From positions 1 to 64,000 of the forward strand of contig JAUCBJ010002763.1 in NCBI GenBank assembly GCA_032718475.1: a stretch of 64,000 nt of DNA, read 5' to 3'. This DNA is from Nemertoderma westbladi. Lineage: Eukaryota > Animalia > Xenacoelomorpha. Each line of letters opens with the position of its first letter. Position 1 is the stretch's first letter. Shown in pieces: positions 41,601 through 51,459 of this stretch. The position numbers were made by a program, and so were the translations under genes. Below the pieces are notes generated by a model. The model saw nothing but the letters and a program-made list of their open reading frames with translations, did not search any database and was not told the origin of the DNA.

Positions 41601-44600
41601 AACTGATAGGCTCGGGGTAATCACCTTGTCCGATTATCGAGAAACTTCCGCAAAAGTTATCCTCATAGATGATCCACCTATTAATTGATCAAAATAAATG
41701 ACATAACGAAATATATCTACGATTATTGAATTCGATTTATTATGTCAATAATTATGATGTATATTATTTGCTGAATATCTTAATAATGATGGCGAATTTT
41801 TTGACATAATTATATTTAAGACATACTAATTGTAATAATGTATGTATTAATATTATCATATCACTACTGGAGCTCTGCTCGTGTTCCTGCAGCTATTATT
41901 AGTTTGTTGAGTTTATACTTCTATAGTTCCTCTGTTGGCCGCCAGGTGGCGAATTATAAGAGCTCAGGTTCAACGTTGTTAGCACGGTTTAATTATTAAC
42001 GATAACAATATTGGCACATATTGCATTTACATTACAGTTGGGCAGGTTCCCATCAGTGATGTAAAATGTTCAATTTTATTTGTTCTAGAATTGTTTGATG
42101 GACAGTAGTGGTATGTACACTAGGGCGAAAAAACATTTTTTTTCCAATTTGAATCGGCTGGGTGTGCAAAAGTGGCCAGATGGTCTCAAAACAATGCACA
42201 GAAAGAAAATTTAAATTTTGCTTATATGATCACTACCTGCAATTTAGCACAACGTGCGCTAAATTAAGAAAATGGTGCCAAATTTCGGAAATATAAAAAA
42301 TTAAAATTTGATTTTATTATTGGCTGGCCATATAAAGGTGATTTAATTTAATTTTGATTTAATCATCTAAAAATAACACAAAACAAAAATTTTTCAATTT
42401 GATTTTCAGCAACACCTCCCGCAATTGCTCACAAAGTGTGCTAAATTTATAAAATGTACCAGTTCAATATAGTATGATATATATTTGCTGGTTTTGGCAC
42501 TTCTCACGGTTGTATGACATCAATTTTGGGCTGATTAAAAGCGCAATAGTCGGTTTAGTGGGGGTAGAGATGTGTATGTGTTTTAAAAATTCTCAAATTT
42601 TCGTGACACTTTTTCTATTTATTTTTTATAGATGGAAAAGGCATTCAATTGTCGTGACAAGGCGTGATGCGTAGATGTGTCATAGAGGTGAAACTGTATA
42701 AATCTACTATGTATTACAGTTCAAATAAACTAAAATGTACTGCATGGCATTAATGGTGACGAAACTAACGGTTCTACCTCTATGCATTGTCGCATCGCAC
42801 ATTGTAGCGACAATTGATAATGCCTTTAATCCAGCGAAAACAAAAAAAAAAATGGAAAAGTGTTACAAAAATGTGAGATTTTTTGACACATCCAAATCTA
42901 CCCGCACTAAATCGACTATTGTGGTTTAAGGGGGGGTAGCGCATTTTCTGACCAAAAAGTCGAATTTTTGAAACATATCCTATCTGATGCAGAATTTCAT
43001 GCTGAATCCAAATATGGAAACCGTTTTCCTATATCTTGCTTACTTTTCGAGATATCTGGGATAGAAGAGACTGGCTCCGATATATCGCGATATCGGTAAG
43101 GCGATAAAGTTTGGGGTTTGCATTCAATTTCTGCAAATTTCTGTGCTCAGTGGTGCTAATTGGATGTCTCCACGAGAAAGAGCACAAAATTTTAATTGAG
43201 AAGGTATTTTTTTATGATTATTGGATCTACTGATCAGTTTATAAGACAACTTCATGTCTACGGAATGAAGACAGGACTCGAATAAGCGACTCTGCGGTCT
43301 TTGCGGGATTACACGGAATAGACTTATCGGTCATCGGAGATCTTCAAAATGTATAATCTCCAGTTCTAGTGGTCGTATGGAGTTCGTTTAGGGCTCATTC
43401 GAAAGCTCTTTTCTCAGAGACCGAAGTTACCATTTGGTTTGGCAAACTCTTGAAAGCTGCCTGAGCAATCATAACTTGAACAAAATTTGCAAGGCATATT
43501 TTACCAAAATTCATGTTATGTTGCTTTAGAACCATTTTGTCTTAAATCAAATGGTAACTTTGTTCTCTAAGAAAAGAGCTTTCGAATGAGCCTAAAACGA
43601 ACTTCGTACGACCACTAGAACTGGAGATTATACATTTTGAAGATCTCCGATGACCGATAAGTCTATTCCGTGTAATCCCGCAAAGACCGCAGAGTCGCTT
43701 ATTCGAGTCCCGTCTTCATTCTGGAGACTTGAAGTTGTCTTATAAACTGATCAGTAGGTCCAATAATCATAAAAAAATACTTTCTCAATTAAAATTTTGT
43801 GCTCTTTCTCGTGGAGACATCCAATGGGCACAGAAATTTGCAGAAATTGAATGCTAACCCCAAACTTCATCGCCTTACCGATATCGCGATATATCGGAGC
43901 CAGTATCTTCTATGCCAGATATCTCGAAAACTAAGCAAGATATGGGAAAACGGTTTCCATATTTGGATTCAGCATGAAATTCTGCATCAGATAGGATATG
44001 TTTCAAAATTCGTCTTTTTGGTCAGAAAATGCGCCTACCCCCCCCCCCCCCCCCCCCCCCTTAATAAGCCGAAAATCGATGTCATACGACCATTAGAAGT
44101 GCCAAGGTCCGAAGGTCCGATTATTTAGAGCAGCAGTAGTTCCAGTACTCCTCTACATGAGTCCATGCTGGGCTCTAACTGCTGAGGACACCAAATCTCT
44201 GGATGGCACATTCACAAGAATGCTACGCCGGGTTCATTGTGTCAAGTACAATGCACACATCTCCAACCAGACACTATATAACATTGGAGGTGTCTCATTG
44301 GTTCCCCCAAGCTTGACACTAGAACAAAATCGCCTCCGCTTTGCAGGACATTGCTTTCGCCGTGAGGACCAGCCAGTGCATAATCTTGTACTTTGGCAGC
44401 CTCATGGAGTGAATAAGCATGGTGGACAGCCCATGACTTTCTTGAGACGCATCTTAAAGGACACTGGCCTTAAAGATGCGGATGATCTAGCAAATGTCAT
44501 GGGTGATAGGGAGTTGTGGCGGTGCAATTTTGTTGACAAGCCGGCACAGCATTCTTAAAAATGCAGCTGCAATGCAGCATGCCGATCCTAGTAGTAGTAG

Positions 44601-45336
44601 TAGTAGTAGTAGAAGTGCCAAAACCAGCAAATATCTATCAAACTATAATGAACTGGTACATTTTATAAATTTAGCACACTTTGTGAGCAATTGCGGGAGT
44701 TGTTGCTGAAATCAAATTGAAAAATACTTTTGTTTTGTGTTATTTTTAGATCATTTAGTCACCGCGCAAGGCCAGCCAATAACAAAATAACAATTAAAAC
44801 ATTTTTTTAATTTTTTTATTTGCCGAAATTTGGCACCATTTTCTAAATTTCGCGCACTTTGTGCGTAATTTCAGATAGTAATCATGTAAGTCAAATTTAA
44901 ACATTTTCTGTGTATTTTCTCTGTTTTGTAACCATTTTGCCACTTTGCACACCCAGCCGACTCAATTTGGAAAAAAAATGATTTTTCGACCCGCCCTAAA
45001 GTATAGTGTTTTATCTTATTAGTACATTTTATTTTATAGATTAATTTTATTATATGAATGGATCACCTTCCACATTCCACTTTTATACTGGACACAGCGT
45101 TGCCAGTTTTAGTTCTGTCGAAAGTTCCCTCATCTGTGTCGCCATTTACAGTCATTTTGTATCCCTGGAAGTTTCGATCTGTGTAGAGAGTTATTTTTGG
45201 ACTCGGGCAATCGCCAGACACTTCCTTCTCCAGAAGTTTTATTGAAGAAACAGCATCCCTTCCCGGTGGGTAGAAAGCGTCCCAATATGGGTAGTACCCA
45301 GGGTTGAGTATTATTCTAGGTCCACTGAATGTGTCA
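19136..45336 (-). CDS. Multi-exon gene encoding a multi-domain beta/gamma-crystallin (Greek key) repeat protein; partial, about 602 aa in this window
   Basis: Predicted exons, 5' to 3': 45336-45067, 40722-40546, 36458-36332, 32318-32199, 28689-28549, 25473-25325, 24838-24670, 24366-24269, 23499-23373, 23170-23016, 22713-22596, 19290-19136. All have AG/GT boundaries and matching phases and join without stops. They encode 13 motifs of type (F/Y)xxxx(F/Y)xG...(N/D)x(I/V/L)SS and the SGxWxx(Y/F)E strand, for example SGTWTLYEYPNYAG and CGTWIVYEHDFDG. Confidence 0.9.
19440..19520 (+). repeat. 18-bp minisatellite (AGCCAAATCTAGCGGGTT) x 4.5
   Basis: Direct perfect tandem copies. Confidence 0.95.
20151..20431 (+). 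repeat. Imperfect direct duplication of about 80-90 bp with a period of about 200 bp
   Basis: GCCTCTGT..CTGCTCCTTTAAATGACAAT..GGTCTGGTCAGC..GATCCGGCTGGCTGTCC occurs at 20151 and 20351. Confidence 0.8.
26325..26410 (+). ncRNA. Pol III-like (tRNA/SINE-like) unit overlapping a hammerhead-like fold
   Basis: B box GGGTTCGAGCCC (26376-26387), weak A box TAGTCACCTGG, and a T-run terminator near 26405. CTGATGA...GAAA...GTA is closed by ACCTGG/CCGGGT. Confidence 0.45.
26538..28377 (+). mobile_element. 5'-truncated, decayed RTE-like non-LTR retrotransposon (RT pseudogene)
   Basis: Frameshifted RT motifs PVPKKG, ISLISIAAKLY, QNGFRKGR, FVDFFKAIDSV, QGDTLAPLLF and YLGS; the YADD region is deleted. (TAG)n tail. 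13-bp TSD TAAGGCACTTGCC at 26525-26537 and 28378-28390. Confidence 0.92.
29614..30860 (-). mobile_element. CR1/L2-group LINE 3' remnant with poly(A) tail
   Basis: QGSFLSPSL, NPDKTE, YLGIKIDNKLEW, LYKALVLP..YC and LEKMQN.ALR motifs; frameshifted and lacking YADD. A T-run on the plus strand at 29614-29642 is the tail. Confidence 0.85.
31315..31420 (+). repeat. About 29-bp imperfect minisatellite (TTCGAACAACACAGGGTAGCAACACATTC-like), 3-4 copies
   Basis: Direct inspection; it lies within a probable LINE ORF1-like remnant at about 30900-31800. Confidence 0.7.
32620..33303 (+). mobile_element. piggyBac-like MITE fragment (same family as 37351-38165)
   Basis: Shares internal repeats (GATTCTGATCACGAATATGA, CCCGTATAC.TTCAGAATTATCAAACCA) and a C-run followed by ...GCCAAATAGGG terminus. 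Confidence 0.65.
34745..35800 (+). repeat. Three tandem 345-bp units, each with a type I hammerhead ribozyme (non-LTR retrozyme-like)
   Basis: CTGATGAG at 35021, 35366 and 35711 (period 345); the units are highly similar. Confidence 0.9.
35349..35410 (+). ncRNA. Intact minimal type I hammerhead ribozyme
   Basis: Stem I AGUGCUA/UAGCGCU (extended UGAACU/GGUUCA), core CUGAUGA, stem II GGCCU-GAU-AGGCU, GAAA, palindromic minimal stem III AC-GUAC-GU. Predicted cleavage after GUA at 35397. Confidence 0.88.
36818..37350 (-). mobile_element. Ty3/Gypsy remnant: LTR (37097-37350), PBS and truncated gag
   Basis: Minus-strand LTR TGTAG...CTTCA followed by TGGTGACCC (PBS). The ORF begins AVSLKLPRFW....WFTQVEAQF...I....KY..VVAALD, a typical Gypsy gag N-terminus. 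Confidence 0.8.
37351..38165 (+). mobile_element. piggyBac-like MITE fragment
   Basis: Ends ...GCCAGATAGGG-TTAA; homologous to 32620-33303. Confidence 0.7.
38166..40341. mobile_element. piggyBac-like non-autonomous TIR element with nested insertions
   Basis: TIRs CCGTTTAACGC / GCGTTAAACGG, TTAA on the left, and subterminal CCATTTAAGGTGC repeats in both orientations. Confidence 0.7.
38767..38956. mobile_element. PIF/Harbinger-type MITE
   Basis: TIR GGCCGCGTTCACACT / AGTGTGAACGCGGCC with a TTA target-site duplication. Confidence 0.85.
40757..41861 (-). repeat. About 1.1-kb dispersed repeat, copy 2 (see 15708-16831)
   Basis: Near identity with copy 1; sits about 35 bp upstream of a crystallin exon. 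Confidence 0.85.
42930..44060. mobile_element. Near-perfect 1.1-kb palindromic Kolobok-like MITE
   Basis: TTAA TSD (42926-42929 and 44061-44064), GG...CC termini, and arms of over 500 bp that are reverse complements. Confidence 0.8.
44106..44609 (+). mobile_element. 5'-truncated RTE-like LINE copy
   Basis: Same 3' sequence and (TAG)n tail as the other copies. 12-bp TSD TAGAAGTGCCAA at 44094-44105 and 44610-44621. Confidence 0.92.
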
Positions 45337-46595
45337 CTGAATAAAATTGAGAATATTAACAAAAATCTAGTTATTCCAATATTTAAATTCTTACATGGAA
45401 CAATTTTTGCCAAGGTTTGAACATAGCTGCATACCTTTTTTTCCCTAACTGTAAACTAGGTAGTCCTAGTAACCAACCACCTACACAACCTATGCTCGAC
45501 TAACCTAACCATCTAATGTGTCACAATATCAGAAACAAAGTGACTTACTCTAATCGACTATGAGATTTTCAATTTTCAAAAAATTTGAAAGTTACAATTT
45601 TCAGCTTATCTTTTTTCAATACAGGTTTCCTGGGGCGCTGAATCCATTGGAAGTTATTTAAAAATGATATGATTACTATATAAGGCCGTTTTAGTCCTCT
45701 ACATAGGCAAAAAATGAAAAAAAAATAAGTAACCAGTACATTTCAGTTTGAAAACAAATATTTTAATGACATATACGAAGATATAAATTCACATTTTCAG
45801 GTTTTCTGGGTAGCTGATTCTAATTAATACATTTATAATTTCCCAAATCATTGCTACTCGTATTTTTAGGCGTAATATGGCATGTTTTGGTGCTAGCACC
45901 AAATTTCTTACCCATAACCAAAAATTACAACTTTGAGATGTCCAGTGCTGTTTTTATTGATTCAATCGGATTCAGGACCCTCAAAAACTCGTATCACGCA
46001 AGAAACAAGATGATATTATCTATTGATCAAATTTGCTAATCTATTAATCAAAATTACAAATTTATCACACAACAACGCTGAAATATACAAGCAAATTTGA
46101 GAACAGTTATGTAATTTTTACTTATTCCACTGAATTCATATCCTTTTGTTGCACACGCTAACTGCATGTCGAAATCTTATATTTTTATCGGAGAACTATT
46201 CAACTTCTGTGCGCATAATATTCGTCTCAAATCCATGTTGTATATCACTGTTAAGATTGTTTGTCCGTTGCCCAGCATCGGTTGCCGTAATCCTAAAGCT
46301 CCTATTGCATTGGTTGCCATACTTTACAATACTTATACTTATACCTATATACTTACTGTAATTGATTGTACATTCAGACCAGATATATATATTAGATAAT
46401 TATATAGTCTAGTGTAGAACGAAAAATATAGACAGAGCAATCAATATCAAGCAATAAAAATAAAATGTATACGATATTTCAAGTCAGCGTGACTCTTATT
46501 CATGTATTATTCTTAAATTCGAATTAATTTTCTAGAACAAATAAATAATTGAAATACTGTCTAAATACCCTAGGTAACAACATAAATATAAAGTT

Positions 46596-47000
46596 TTAAA
46601 CTTCTTGAAGAAAACCTGTGTAGCCATGTAAATTTTCGGTTGCTTCATTAATTGTGTTTATTCCGTATGGTTCCAAGGGCTGCAGTGTGCACTGGTAGTA
46701 ACCCTCCCTCTTTCTCATTTGGATTTTGAGTTCTTTTCCCTTGTATCCCTTAATACTATCTATCGATGTTATATGAAAATCTTCCGATGAATGTCCGTTG
46801 CTTGTCTGCTTCTTTTTGTTTGCAATCTGTGTTTTATAATTAGCAATTCTAGCTTTAAAATTAATTGCAGAACCCACCGCTTGTTTATTACATCTAGAAC
46901 ATGATACAAGGTAAATTACATTCGTACTCTTGCAGTTCAAATTTTCTGTTATAGGAATTCTTCTCCGCTGGTCCCCCGATTTTGAAGAAACAAATTCCAT
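46596..47000 (-). pseudogene. Penelope-like element GIY-YIG endonuclease C-terminal remnant
   Basis: NCKSTNVIYLVSCSRCNKQAVGS...R...REGYYQ..L..LEPYGIN matches the Penelope GIY-YIG pattern. The 5' part is cut off at the BEL repeat boundary. Confidence 0.8.
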
Positions 47001-48383
47001 TTATTTGGAAGAGACGTACCTAATACCTGCAATATCCTACTGTAAAGTTTGTGAATCAAATCATAATCCGACCTTCTCACCAAAACAGTAAACTCTAAGT
47101 AAGCGAATATATATTGCAGTATCGGTCTCTTATAACCGGTGAGGCAGAAAACAGTCTACGAACGGACAAACTTCGATAAAACAAAATCCCGTGCAGCGAA
47201 TCCTAAAATCAGGCTGACTCGCTGACGGACTAAGGGGCTCGTATACTTTGCCGCTGACTCGCTGACGGACTAAGGGGCTCGTATACTTTGCCGCGGTGTG
47301 ATTTATATAGTTGGGATAGAGAGATGCTAGCTAGGTGCAGAGATGTCTAACTAGCGGGCAAAGTGCAGTACGGACAAAGTTAATTTTATATATTTTGAGG
47401 TGTAAATAATTTCTAACACGCGTGTGTCTTAATTCTAAACAGTCAAAGTCAGTTTTGTTCCTTCATATATATAATTACTGGGTCCGGTGTACATTTTACA
47501 AATATTCTAATTTTATAACTTGTAGGTCCAATACTCACGAATGATAAGGCTCCTCCCCCTTTTGTGTATTTCCAGGACTCAAATTCAGGCATAAGGTTAA
47601 TACTACGCCCAGAATTCGGCAATTTAATTTACCAGGTCCCTAATACTAAGAAGAAATGTGTTAGTTTACTACAGTAGGCGTACAATTACTAATAGCTAGC
47701 CTGGCGTTCTTATCTAGAATTTTGGTTGCCTAGATGGGTACGGCAACTTCCTAACAGAATGTTGGCGGGGACACGGTAGATGTTAGTATCCCTAAATAGC
47801 CTCAATTTATTTTGCGCCTAGTTGTAAACTGCCCTACCGCCTGAATGGTACAATCCCAATTCAGGTAAAACACAGTAACCCTTCTGGCCTACAAGTTCAA
47901 ATGCAATGGACACCGTTGTACTACAAATAGTCACAGACGCACCTGCACTTAGCAAGAGTTAGGCGTACAGTTTGCTGCACCCTACCAATGTGTATGCCTT
48001 GTACCGGTGTGCCTGCGTCCTATCTGTATACTAGTATCTCTGCCTGATCTCCTCTCCCCCCGTAGGAATATGAAGGTCTACTGCGGGTTTTCTCTGAATT
48101 AAGACAGTACGGTCCCTAGATGTAAATTTTAGCGCACAGCGTGTCACTACCTCTACCTTCGATCTTTGGTCTTATACTTAGGTAGCAAGGCATTGAACGC
48201 TGTCTAACCTTTCAGGCGATGGGCGAATAACTCAAGAATGATATTGCGGGTTGTCTCCTTCTACATTCCTCAGATGTTCCCGTTCACTGCTGTGGCCCGA
48301 TGTTTAGCCTGCCATCCTGTCCCTCAGTTTAGTTCACCGTGGTGAAGCATGATAGGAAAACAGATGTAACAAGTATTTCTAAC

Positions 48384-48659
48384 TTTATTACAGAATATAT
48401 ACATAAACTGATACAAGAAAGTAATAGATAACTAATAAGTGATAATCTAAAGCAAGAATGATTGTATACTAAGAATATAGAAGAGATTAATAACTAATGA
48501 ACAAAGTCGCACCTTTTATAGCAAATTTGTGCTGCAATCAATCGAGAAAATTCTCGATTGTTCTATGAGTTCTAATAGGTTTTTAAAGATAACTATTGGT
48601 CCAGCGAATATATAACTTGCACGACATTGGTTACTATCTAATAACTACAATCCCATTGG
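48384..48659 (-). promoter_or_regulatory. LTR Pol II promoter and poly(A) signal
   Basis: CCAAT at 48655-48659, 48626-48630 and 48595-48599 (about 30-bp spacing); CTATAAAA at 48514-48521; AATAAA at 48384-48389 followed by CA and a T-rich tract. Confidence 0.7.
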
Positions 48660-48726
48660 TTAATCTACTTCGAGCAATTGCAATTTAATTTGTAGCGGTT
48701 AATTTAAATGAGTTGAAACTCTGCAC

Positions 48727-48811
48727 AAAAAATAATTCGCACCTACTAGGATTCGAACTCAATACCTACTACATATAATTTCCAACACTTTACCGACTGA
48801 GCTACTGAACC
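48727..48811 (-). ncRNA. tRNA-like Pol III transcription unit inside the LTR (not a canonical tRNA)
   Basis: GGTTCAG-TAGCTCAGTCGGTAAAG (A box/D arm), GAGTTCGAATCC (B box) and TTATTTTTT terminator. The acceptor and anticodon stems do not pair canonically. Confidence 0.7.
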
Positions 48812-49840
48812 ACTTGAATAATCATCGTACAAATAGATATAGTAAATACAAATGAGGACTTAATGTAATCTTTATAGCAAAGTTAATTCGAACAAAATAA
48901 AATTTTGAAAATCCACGGCATTTAGAGGATATAATTCTATACCGCTCCATGAAAACAGGATATTATAGTGCATAAAATATACGGTTTTCACCAATACTAA
49001 ATCAAATTATGGAATACTTGGGACGTACTTACATATTTACAGATTAAATCTCAACAATAATACCTCTACATAATAATTCGATACAAAATAATTACAAATT
49101 CAAACTTTACGTATTTAAGGCTTTATTAAGTAAGTACAATATAAATCTAAATTAAATTCACTAAAATAAATCTATTGCATCTCAAATATTGCATAAATTC
49201 AAACAATCACAAATACTAATACTACTTAAATATAAAACAAATTGCATAAGTTCGGATAATTTCAAATAAATCACAAGAAAGGCTCACAAGTCTTCCGTCT
49301 GCTCTTGCCTTCTATTTACTGTGAATACAAATACTGCTTCTTTATAAAATATAAATTGCATAATATTCGAAACAATAAATTGCGTAAGTTTGGAATGACT
49401 ACAAATATAGCACTTTCTAAATATAAATCTTTACTAAATTGCATAAGTTTAGAATAATACTGCATAAGTTTAGAATAATACTGTATAAGTTTAGAATAAT
49501 ACTGCATAAGTTTAGAATAATATAAACTCCTTTGCATCTCAAATATGAAATATAAATCTTTCAAATATAAGTTCCTTCTAAATATAAACTTTCTAAATTT
49601 CATAAATTCGGAACAATACAAATACATAAATTTAGAACAAATGTAAATTGCATAAATTTAGAATAATATAAATTGCATAAATTTAGAACAATATAAATTG
49701 CATAAATTTAGAACAAATTCAATTTACATAAACAATTTGATTTACCTAAACAATGCATAAAACAATACATAAAACAAACATAAAGCAAATAATTCATAAG
49801 AAAGGCTCACGAGTCTTCCGTCCACTCCTTCCTTCCCGCT

Positions 49841-51459
49841 TTAACGCTTAGCGGATCGAGCTCTGCCGCGTCCTCGAAAACTGCGTATCAGCGATTTAGC
49901 TCGTGATATGGGACTTGTGGGGCGAGCCACTGGTTTACTTTGGATGTTGGGAGATGGTACGACCATTTCCTCACATATTCGTCTCTTAGTTATCCCAAAT
50001 CCTTGTCCAATTCCTCGTGACCGATTTGTTGTATCTACCGCTGGTAAAACGTCTGGGAACGCGTGGAAAGCGGACGACGCAGACCCAAGAGAAGCTTGCG
50101 CCCCCTTTTGATCAGCTGGTATATGTCCCGATCCTCCTTGCGGTTCTCTGGGAAGCGAAACCGTATCCCGAGTAATTCGAATAGTCGGTTCGTATCCCCT
50201 TCGTTCTTCAACATTGATAGTTTTCTTTAATTGTTGGCTCACTTTCTGAACCCTTATGATCCTGTGCTGTCCGTCCTCCCGAGGGTGACGTGCAGATGGC
50301 GCGACCGGAGTAGCTGGTATGTTGGTCGCCTCTAGGACCTCCTCTTCCTCGAATACGCTCGCTCGTATACGTTTATGGTAGAACGCGGCTCGGTACGCCC
50401 ATGCGACGGTTAACCAAGCTCCCTTGTTCCGCTTTTCCGTTCGGAACCGATCAAATTCACCATAGGTGATACGATTAACGACTTTCTGGAAATTCCATGT
50501 ATTCTTATTGTCAGGATGTATCTGTAACAAATATTCGCGCACAACTCGGAATCCACTATCGTGAGGCAAAATATCAACTACCTCGATGAGTTCGTCATAT
50601 TGTGGCATAGCGGAGATATATCCTTCCGACATCATAGTTTGAGGATTTACCGCCCAAAATCCAAGATGTGCTCTCATCGGGAACCGTCTTCTTTGCGCCG
50701 ATACATGTTCGTCAGCCAAATCTTCCCAATCATCAAATAGTTTTCGCACGAGTTTTACAGATTCGTGTTCGTAAGGTATGTCTCTCAGTTGGCATTCAGA
50801 TGCTCGGTGTCCCTTTATATTACAGTATGTGCATTGAGCCATAAATCTCCAGCAAGTATAAAATGTATGGGACCCTTGATCTCCACACCATCCACAAATC
50901 AGTTGAGTCGTAGTAATGTGCTTTCCACTGCACTTTGTCGAATGATGTCCAGCGGCGCCACATTTACCACACATTGTATTAGCAGGGTACCACACTCGCT
51001 CATATATAAGATCGCCAATGGGTCGAGCACTTCCTCCCACACTATAGTCATAATCATCTGGATCGATAGGTTGGTATGTTTCAGAAGGTTGTATGCAAAC
51101 TACAGCATCAGTTGCTTCTAATTGTCGAATCTCCGTCTGAGATTTCTTCAGGAGGTTCCTTTCAATCTCAAGAAGTTCCTCTAAAGGATCATCGATGGTC
51201 GTTGTTACTTCGAAATCATCACCTAAGAGACCGATAGGCGCACGCGTCTGCCGTGATTCGTCCGTAAGCTCCACGATACGTTCTCCTTCATAAGGTAACA
51301 TTGTAAACATAGATGGTCTTTCGATAAGAGATCCCGCACAGCGAAGATACACGTCTCGAAATATACTAAATCCTTTGCACCGAATCTTTCGAATGGCGCT
51401 GCTGCTTCCTCTTGGATATCATATCCCCATCTCGGCTCTCCATGTATCCCCTTCGCCAT
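49841..51459 (-). CDS. Accessory ORF of the BEL element with three CCHC zinc knuckles and a basic C-terminus; one apparent frameshift near 51350
   Basis: CGKCGAAGHHSTKC, CGWCGDQGSHTFYTC and CTYCNIKGHRASEC in a 503-codon open frame. A likely ATG (MAKGIHGEP) at 51459 is in another frame. The stop abuts the PPT. Confidence 0.75.

Larger units (their letters stand above)
42121..44998. mobile_element. Long palindromic (foldback) hAT-like MITE carrying two nested insertions
   Basis: TAGGGCG...CGCCCTA termini and arms inverted over several hundred bp around about 42700. The 8-bp flanks ATGTACAC/AAGTATAG are only partly alike. Confidence 0.7.
47006..49824 (-). repeat. 3' LTR region of the BEL/Pao element; right boundary well supported, left boundary either 47006 or about 48366
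   Basis: On the sense strand the PPT AAAGCGGGAAGGAAGGAG is directly followed by TGGA at 49824, and the region ends TCCA at 47006. It contains CCAAT boxes, TATA and AATAAA in U3-R order, a 40-bp tandem duplication at 47213-47292, and 21-bp repeats at 49440-49720. Confidence 0.65.

Noticed and set aside
41985-42030. Signal-peptide-like MQYVPILLSLII as a first exon for the 40722 exon
   Set aside because: SVRAL at 40722 matches the end of a Greek-key motif (compare LSSVRALPN), so that exon is internal; the donor would also be weak.
48735-48811. Functional tRNA gene
   Set aside because: The acceptor and anticodon stems do not pair; reported only as a tRNA-like Pol III unit.
49316-49627. 103-aa ORF with YYSKLMQ repeats
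   Set aside because: A translation of the 21-bp minisatellite in the LTR U3 region.
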